A DNA stretch of 64,000 bases from Hydrolagus colliei. Its lineage: Eukaryota. A model generated the notes under the pieces. It did not search any database, was not told where the DNA came from, and saw only the letters and a program-made list of their open reading frames with translations. Shown in pieces: positions 56,639-64,000 of this stretch. The stretch lies in contig CM068750.1 of the NCBI GenBank assembly GCA_035084275.1, positions 13,888,001 to 13,952,000 on the forward strand, written 5' to 3'. Position numbers and translations under genes: made by a program. The number at the start of each line of letters is the position of its first letter. Position 1 is the first letter of the stretch.

Positions 56639-57647
56639 CTGAGGTAAGAGATAAGAGACCATGTTATACGATCAGTATTTTCCTAAAGAACCACTTGCAT
56701 CACCATTTATTACTGAACAAAACCTCTGAAATCAGCCAAGATTCAGCACTTTCAAGTCAGCATTCACCCAGCTGTTGCAAACAATCAGACAATAAATAGT
56801 GAGGCATGAACCGTTATTGAAATGAATGTTCACACACAAACTTGCCATGGAATTGGATGATGACATACAGGGTTATCTTGTAACAGCGCCTTGGGATGTC
56901 CTCTCGACGTGAAAGGCGCTATATAAATGTAAGTTTTTGTTTGTTTGTAACACAGGCTTTTCACCTTTCATACCTGGCTTCAAAACCATGGTACACTCAA
57001 GCAACATCATGGGAATAGGTTTAGACAGCCACAGTAACAATGTCCACCACATGACTTAAAACACTCTCCAGTGGGAGCTGCTGTACACTGGGACTCATAG
57101 CGGTAGGTGGTTGAGTGGGGAGGGGAAGTTAGCTAAAATGGAGAGGGGAGCTAAAAGTGTGAGAAGAAGATGAACTGCGAGGAGCGAGGAAAATAAGGTG
57201 GGAGGGGGGAGAGGGGCGGGGGGGGAGGAGAAGGTTGCTAAGCTCCGGGGGAGTTGTTAAGGTCTGGGTTGTGGGCCAAGAGAAGTACACAAGGTTTCTA
57301 AAGCTTGCCAGATGTCAGAGCCTAGAATAGAGTCCGGATTTGAAAATAGTCCTGGGGCAATACATGTGTACGTGGGGGAGGGGAGAGAATGGAGGATGGG
57401 TGGTGGGGGGGCGGGGGTGAGGAGGAAAGAAGAGAGACTATGGATTTATTCAGGAACAAACCCTGCTGTTTAATACACAAGGTTCAAATGTCAAGAGATT
57501 CTCCCTTGTAAACTGAAAATGGCAAATTAGCTCATGACATTAATCAATGATTATGCTTCCAAACTTGACAGAAGGTTAGGAAAAAAAGCACACAAACTTC
57601 CCAAGCACTTAGCTTCAAGCACCCGGGAAACATCAAAATCCACAGCA

Positions 57648-57951
57648 ATAATAATAATAATCCTTGCATTTGACATAGTGTGCTTTTCATGTCTTCTAGA
57701 CGTCTCAAAGTGCTTCACAGAATATACTGTAAAGTGATTTGACTGTATATTTGTGGGCAAAGCGCAACAGCCAATTTCGCACAGTAGTGTTCCACAAACA
57801 GTCATGGATTGAAATTACTAATTTAATTTTTTTTGATGGATTATTATCAGGTGTGTGGAGTAAGAAAACTTGCCCAAGGTTTCTACCTGCCTGGAATTGA
57901 ACCCAGGTCTTTCGCTTGCAAGGCGAGTGCTGTAACCACTGAGCTACAGGA
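57648..57951 (-). mobile_element. Full-length SINE
   Basis: Same family; head reads CCTGTAGCTCAGTGGTT on the - strand. Confidence 0.87.
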
Positions 57952-58184
57952 AAAGGATAGTTAATATTCCATAGACATAAACAGCGTAAAAGATGATCTT
58001 GCCAAGAGTGTTAAAGGGGAAAAAAATTATACTAGGATATATCCAGAATCCTACTTGGAACTCTTTCAACTGTGTTGGGGGTGTTGGGATGGAAGACGGA
58101 TATGATAAAAATGAAACTGAGTGGATATAAATTGAGGTTTTTACAAAATTAAATTATCAGGACACCTTGCAAGCCAAACGTCAG

Positions 58185-58570
58185 ACTGTGGCAAGGATTC
58201 TTCCCCCCACTTCACATTAACCCTGCAAGTCAAAGTCCTTTTGGGTAGAGTGGTCCAAGCCAGACAAGCAGCAGACAACTTGCCATCAGACGCTTTCAAT
58301 GGCAAGCTGTGTCATTTTAGCTGTTTAAACTCCAATAGTACCCACTCACATACACTCTGGGATCCCCAAGCATTGGTTCTTGAAAACTTGTGCCTGATAC
58401 TCCCCAGAATTAGGTATGCAGGGTGCGTCCCTCCGAGGAGATAACGTGCATTCCACTCTACATACAGGAATTTCACTGTGCAGGTAGCATTGGGTTCAGT
58501 TTGGTTTCAACTCTCTCTTAAGTACTGTGATGGGTTTCTGGGTGTGTCAGATATCCAGCTGACAAAAAAC
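58185..58570 (+). repeat. Unclassified interspersed repeat, long copy
   Basis: Homologous to the 20340, 42605 and 60885 copies. Confidence 0.7.
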
Positions 58571-58842
58571 ATCAGCAGCTGCATTTACACTGCAGCCAAC
58601 AACAATGTGAAGAATGATTGTCCGGCATGGTGAAAATTGGCTGTTCACACCATCCATATCAAAGCCCCTAAATCTGTTGCAGGTTCACAGGAAGGAAGGA
58701 GGATGATCTCAGCAGCAGAAAGGAAGAAAAACATTTCCCTCTGATCTCAGGCCTACAAATGTTTCCGATGATATGGACTTCAACCTTTAGGACCAGGCTC
58801 ACTGTCCCAAAGCAAAACTCTTACCCCAAATAATGTAATGTT

Positions 58843-59700
58843 TGTCGGTCTTACCAACTCTTCGCTCCACAAGTTTCAGATTATTCAGAACTCTTCAGCT
58901 CATGTCTTCTCTCGCACTAGGCTTGGTGAACCCATCGACCCATCCTCGCCCGGCTGCACCCACTCCCCATCCCCTAGAAGATCAAGTTCAAAATCCTCCC
59001 CTTAACTTTCAAAGCCCTTGCTCCTCCCTACCTCTATGATCTACTAAACCCCTACTAGCCTGCTACTCCACCATTATCTCCATGCCACCGAAACCCTCGG
59101 CCACACCTTTATCACTTCCAGGCTCGACTATGGGAAGTCTCTCTTCGTCGGTCTCCCCAGCTCCTCCCTTCACAGGCCGCAGATCATTCAGAACTCTGCA
59201 GCACGTGTACTCTCCCGTAGCAGGCTTCGCGGCCACATCACTCCCACCCTCTCCCGTCTCCACTGGCTCCCCGTCACCCAGAGGATCAAATTCAAGATCC
59301 TTGTCCTCACTTTCAAGGCCATTCACGGCCTTGCCCCCACCTATTTCTCTGACCTACTGTTCCCTATCAGCCTGCCCGCATCCTCCGTTCAGCAGACTCA
59401 GGCCTGCTCCGCGTCCACCGCCCTAACCATCGGCAGCCGGGTTTTCAGCCTCTCTGCTCCCACACTGTGGAGCTCCATCCTGCAGCCTCTCTGCCTTGCT
59501 TCCTCCCTTTCATCCTTCAAGGACCTTCCTCTTCGACTGCGCCTTCGGCTGCCCCAATAACTCTTCTTCCTCTCCCACTCACCTTCCCCTTCCCCCTACT
59601 TCGACCCCCACCCCGGTCCCGACCAGACTGTTCAGCGCTTTGGGACATCTTCCCGACGTGAAAGGCGCTATATAAGTGCAATTTTGTTTTGTTGTTATTG
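58843..59700 (+). mobile_element. Two tandem L2 3' fragments (older 58843-59060, younger 59060-59700)
   Basis: The younger copy translates SRLDYGKSLFVGLPSSSLHRPQIIQNSAARVLSRSRLRGHITPTLSRLHWLPVTQRIKFKILVLTFKAIHGLAPTY, the classic L2 ORF2 C-terminus, with tail CAGCGCTTTGGGAC..GTGAAAGGCGCTATATAAG. Confidence 0.9.
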
Positions 59701-60229
59701 TACTGGACATGCTGAATAAATTGGGCATTGTACTCATAGCAAGTGCTAGTGCCCATAAAACAGTTGTGATAATCCTAGGGATTGATTAAATAAGAGGAAG
59801 GGTGAAGCATGATACACTTAGTAAAGGGTAATTTTTATAACTGTACTAGCAATGGTTATATCTACTGCTGATCCCCCTTTTGTAAACCTTGAAACAAAGG
59901 GAGAGCAAAGTCATCATGGAGGTCAGTTACAGGTCATTAGATGAGCTAACTGTTTGGAGTGAAGCTCACTCAGTCCTTGCTGAAAACTAAACCCATGAAG
60001 TCATTTGGGTGAGTAATAATATCCTTGATGTCAGCATGCGGAGAACTGACAACTTATTAGGTCAAGCTGTACGAACAGAATGCACTGGAATCTTTAAACA
60101 GGAGATAGATACTCAGGAAGTAAGGGTATAAAGTGGGGGAAGGCAACTAAATGTTTTTCAAAGATTTGCCTTGATCTAAAACTGAATAGGCTCGATGCTC
60201 AGAATTGCCTCCCCAGGTTCTGTCCTTTG

Positions 60230-60522
60230 AATGAGACATTAAACCAAAGCCCAGACTGCATGTTTAGGTGGATGTTAAAGATCCCATGGAATTATTCAAA
60301 GAGAAGGGAGTTTCTCTGGTATTCAGGCCAACTATTGCCAAAATAAAATCAGTCACTCACTTCATGGCTGTTTGTGGGACACTTCTGTCCTCAAATTGGC
60401 TGTCTTGTTGGCCAACAAATAAACTGCCACTGCTTTACACAATGCTGTGAGGCGCTTTGGGACATCCTCCTGATGTGAAAGGCACAATACCAAATGTAAG
60501 TACTACAGTATTATTATTATTT
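60230..60522 (+). mobile_element. Old DeuSINE 3' half
   Basis: ATGAGACATTAAACC..GGTGGATGTTAAAGATCCCATGG..CTGTTTGTGGGAC..AAATTGGCTG plus tail. Confidence 0.7.
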
Positions 60523-60884
60523 AAGCAGACATTGTTGGTTTCAGGGCATAGTTGGCTGCCACAACACCTCACTCCTGCTTGGTGACTCATATACAGGGTA
60601 GCATGTCTGCCCAGTTGACGGATGATGAGCAGGACAGAATGAGCTGCCAGACTTGTGACAGCTGATCAAACCAGACATTCAGGATACAAAAATGCACTGA
60701 ACTCTCGGTGAAACAGAATCTGACTAACCTGGAATAGCAATGTCTGCTTTCATTGTATTTAAAATACTGCCTACAAGCAGATTAGGACTTTGCAAGCAGA
60801 ACAAAGCTCTTGGGATGGTTTGCTTCCAATTTATTGTTAGCAGAACTGTAGTAGCAAAGGGGCTCCTGTTAACCCTGCAAAGCC

Positions 60885-60978
60885 AAAGTCCTAAGAGGTA
60901 GGGTGGCCCCAGCTGGACAGACAGCGGGGAAGCTTACTGGACACTGCTCTCAATGGCAAGTGCTCTCGTTAGCTGATT
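60885..60978 (+). repeat. Unclassified interspersed repeat, short copy
   Basis: TTAACCCTGCAAAGCCAAAGTCC..GGTAGGGTGG..CTCAATGGCAAG. Confidence 0.7.
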
Positions 60979-63900
60979 AAACTACAGCAATATCCGAACA
61001 CACACAATAGAGTTCCCAAGCCATGGGTCTTGCCTGATGCACTACGGATTGTGGTAAACAGGTTCCTCTGGGGGGAGAGGGTACATATTCCGTTCCATGG
61101 AAAATGTTTTGTTTCCATGGAAAATTCCCCCCTCCTCCCCATTTTAAAGTAAGCTGTTTACACTCAGGCAAGATGCCACGACAGTCCTTGAAAAGCAAGA
61201 CAGTCAACAGCGAGGTTGTTGATGCATACTGTACCTAGCAGTACATGTGAGGACAAGAAGTCAGCTTCTTGTAATCTGTTGTGCAGTAGATTGCTGTAGC
61301 TAACTGCTATACTGTAGCCAACAGCAGTGCATTAATAATTCACATTTAAACCTCCTGCATAAAGAGTTTGTGGAGATTGTTGAGCACTTCTTGAAGAAAC
61401 ATTTATAAGATAAGTTTCAGAACCTATTACAGTCACAATTGAGGGAATCCAAAGATGAAAGATGTCTGCAGGACCACGTGGATACCACAGATAAAATACC
61501 TTGCAGCACAACAAGCCTAAAGCTAAAGATAACACCCATTACAGTACATGCATTTAGTTGACTAGTGGAAACCTTCAGTCAATTTGTTGTGTGTGAGGTC
61601 TGTCCTCTCATCAGACACTGGCTGACAGCTCACGTGCTTGTCTAGTCTAGTATTTATGCTCCCTGCAATTTGCACCAATTTTATTACACAATCACCCCCT
61701 CGGAGGTGGAATCCGGCACTGAACTTAAAACTGAAAGGAAACCGGATGGTGTGTGCCAGTTAAACAGGACACTACATTCTCAATGTTAACTTGACGCAAA
61801 GACCACAGCAAGTCGGCGCTAGCTGTGCCACACAAAAAAAAGGGCAGGAGTCTCCTAGAAAACGGAAACCAGATGGAGCAAAAAAAATAAAGTTCATTGT
61901 TTTCACGTGTAAATAATTATTCAACGCGTTTGTTCTGCCTGGCAAATAGCTGTTTTTAATAGACTTCAAAACCATTCTATAAATTGCAGCTGGTCGAGCA
62001 AGCAGTCAAGTCTAGGAAGCTCTCATCAGCCTATTTCCCCCTACCCCACACCCCTCCCCTTCCTCTGTTGTCCAGTCAAACATTTCCTTGACATAAAGGA
62101 GATGGATTGTCATCTGGTCAACTCTGCGGGAGTCACCACTGTCTCCTGTTTAGTGGATCCACACGCAACCCCACAAGGACTCCTTAAAACTAGAATGTCT
62201 TGCCAGCAAGAGAGACTGGGACGAGCACAATTTAGATGCGCTATTTGTTCATTAATTTAGTTAAATTGTTTAATAAAACAACATCAACAATTCGGTCAGG
62301 AAATGTCCGGCCTGACACAGTTCCTGTCCTGCAGGGTACTAATGGTAGTCAGGGTAACAAGCATTAACTGAGCCAAACACATTATAACCTTTGTGAAATA
62401 ACACTGCAAGTCCAGTTTAAAGCTATGAATAAATATACATTATTATATTTATTGCCATTATTAGACTTATTGCCCACAAAATATACAGTCAATTCACTTT
62501 ACACTATAATCTGTGAAGCACTTGGAGATGCCTTGAAAACATGATAAGGCACTATATCAAATGCAAAGATTATTAGAATTGCTACAAGGACACTGTACCC
62601 AAATTTCAAAAGAGTTCAAGGTGAATGGCTTCTCCAATAGGGATTTGGCCTCTTTGGTTAGATCCCGCCATCAAGTTTTCCTCCTGATGCCAGGAAAACT
62701 CATCGCAGAGATTTAGATACTTTACAATTCCCTCAAGGCATCCGTCAATCTGCAGACTTTTATCCTTGGGGCTAGTCATCACTTTTTTCGCTCATCAGGA
62801 AACAGAAACACATTAAAGCAACAGAACCCAGAGCAGATGGGCAATAGATCTCAAACAGCTGCTTTGGTGTAATTTGTTTTTTGAGGTGGGGGGGGGAATG
62901 AAGAGAATCTGAGTGACGGAAATCAGTTTGTAATGATACGCAGCTAGGAAGAGCTAGGACGATTCTTGCCCCTTTGTCATCCAGTCAAACGTTTCCTCGA
63001 TTTACTAGACGTGAATAATCATCATCATCTGATCAACTCTGTGGGGAGCCTCACTGCACATCTCCTGTTCCGTATATCAAAATGCAACCTAGGATTTTTA
63101 AGTGACCCTCTTGGTCGGAGCGATGTCTCCCAGTTATTCTGTAAATTGCATGCCTCAGTCCCCCTTTAGAAATTAAAGAGTTAACGGCTTGTAACTTAAA
63201 CATGACTTTGACAATTTATAATTCATATAAAAAATTATCAAAATTATCGCTGCTGATGTGGGGGCGGGAGGGTTAGAAGGATAAGAAATACAAACTATGA
63301 TGTTACAGTAGCAGGGGGAGAGTAATGTTACACAGAACTATTGCTAGTCTGGAGTTGTATCTCGGTATAAAATTGCCTAGTCTATGAACTCAAAGTCCTA
63401 TTTCAGATTCAGAGGCAGAATACCAACAACTGAATCGAATGAGCAAAGGGAGTTTTTCCCTTGTGAAGCTCACTTGTTAGTTCCCTTTCTGCTCTTCATT
63501 TTCACTCCTATCCTCATTCTGAAGGATGCTCCAGTTGCCTTTGAAAATCTTTGAGCTCGACAAAGACGAGCTGTCTGATAAAACTAATGAGCTACAATTC
63601 TGTTTGAAATCCAGTTTCCGCTGCACAAAATGCAAAGCACGTTTAGCAAACATCCATCAGACATATGGAAAAAAATAGTCACTGGGAATATTGAGAACTT
63701 TGCCTCACTCTGAAGGCATTTCTCTGTATACAGAACAGAATGCATCCCGCATTTTGTTTAGAATTGCAACAAAGCAATTTTAACAGGAAACCTTAGGAGG
63801 TGAAACAACGCAGGGATTACAGTTGCAGACAGCGATTTCTATTTCCCATTAATGTCTGTGTTGACTGGAAAATCTGAGCAATTTTACTTTGAGGCTGCAA

Positions 63901-64000
63901 TGTATAAGCAGTCACTTAGCTTAGACATTGACGAAACACTGACTTACTGGTGGTGACTCCATGTTCACACCTATTTCAAGTTAAAGTATCTGTGGCCTGA

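Noticed and set aside
60615-60670. C/D-box-like motif (TTGA..ATGATGA...CTGA TCAA)
   Set aside because: It is on the strand opposite the host gene, short between the boxes, and has no identifiable guide. Likely chance.
4968-62580. Recurrent short ORFs with [11 protein letters not shown] / [12 protein letters not shown] motifs
   Set aside because: These are translations of the SINE tail, not a gene family or a CRISPR-like array. Spacing is irregular and copies occur on both strands.
62606-62779. Minus-strand ORF MTSPKDKSLQIDGC... considered as an alternative first DAAM1 exon
   Set aside because: It has no similarity to the DAAM N-terminus and ends in a stop with no convincing donor. The true first coding exon is probably beyond 64000.

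Overview
Vertebrate genomic DNA, most likely a cartilaginous fish. The repeat content (Deu-type SINEs with L2 tails, CR1, a Penelope-type palindrome) and compact introns suggest a holocephalan/chimaera, which is inference. Two protein-coding genes lie tail-to-tail, matching the DAAM1-GPR135 synteny known from human. The first is an intronless, GC-rich class A orphan GPCR, GPR135 (+, 915-2342). The second is the formin DAAM1 (-). I traced 23 constitutive DAAM1 coding exons by hand from 56638 to the stop at 16334 (3012 nt, continuous frame). The first coding exon is not in the window. Most notable observations: (1) the known 30-nt neural FH2 microexon plus a second, apparently unannotated in-frame 27-nt microexon candidate in the same intron; (2) a near-perfect 181-bp palindrome carrying a minimal type I hammerhead ribozyme core that is intact only on the strand opposite DAAM1; (3) a weak GC donor in DAAM1; (4) GPR135 with the TM6 CWxP tryptophan replaced by Arg, low-complexity insertions and an overlapping uORF. 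The rest is introns and intergenic DNA rich in SINEs, L2/CR1 fragments and TA-flanked MITEs. All family and orthology assignments come from recalled sequence knowledge, not from a database search.
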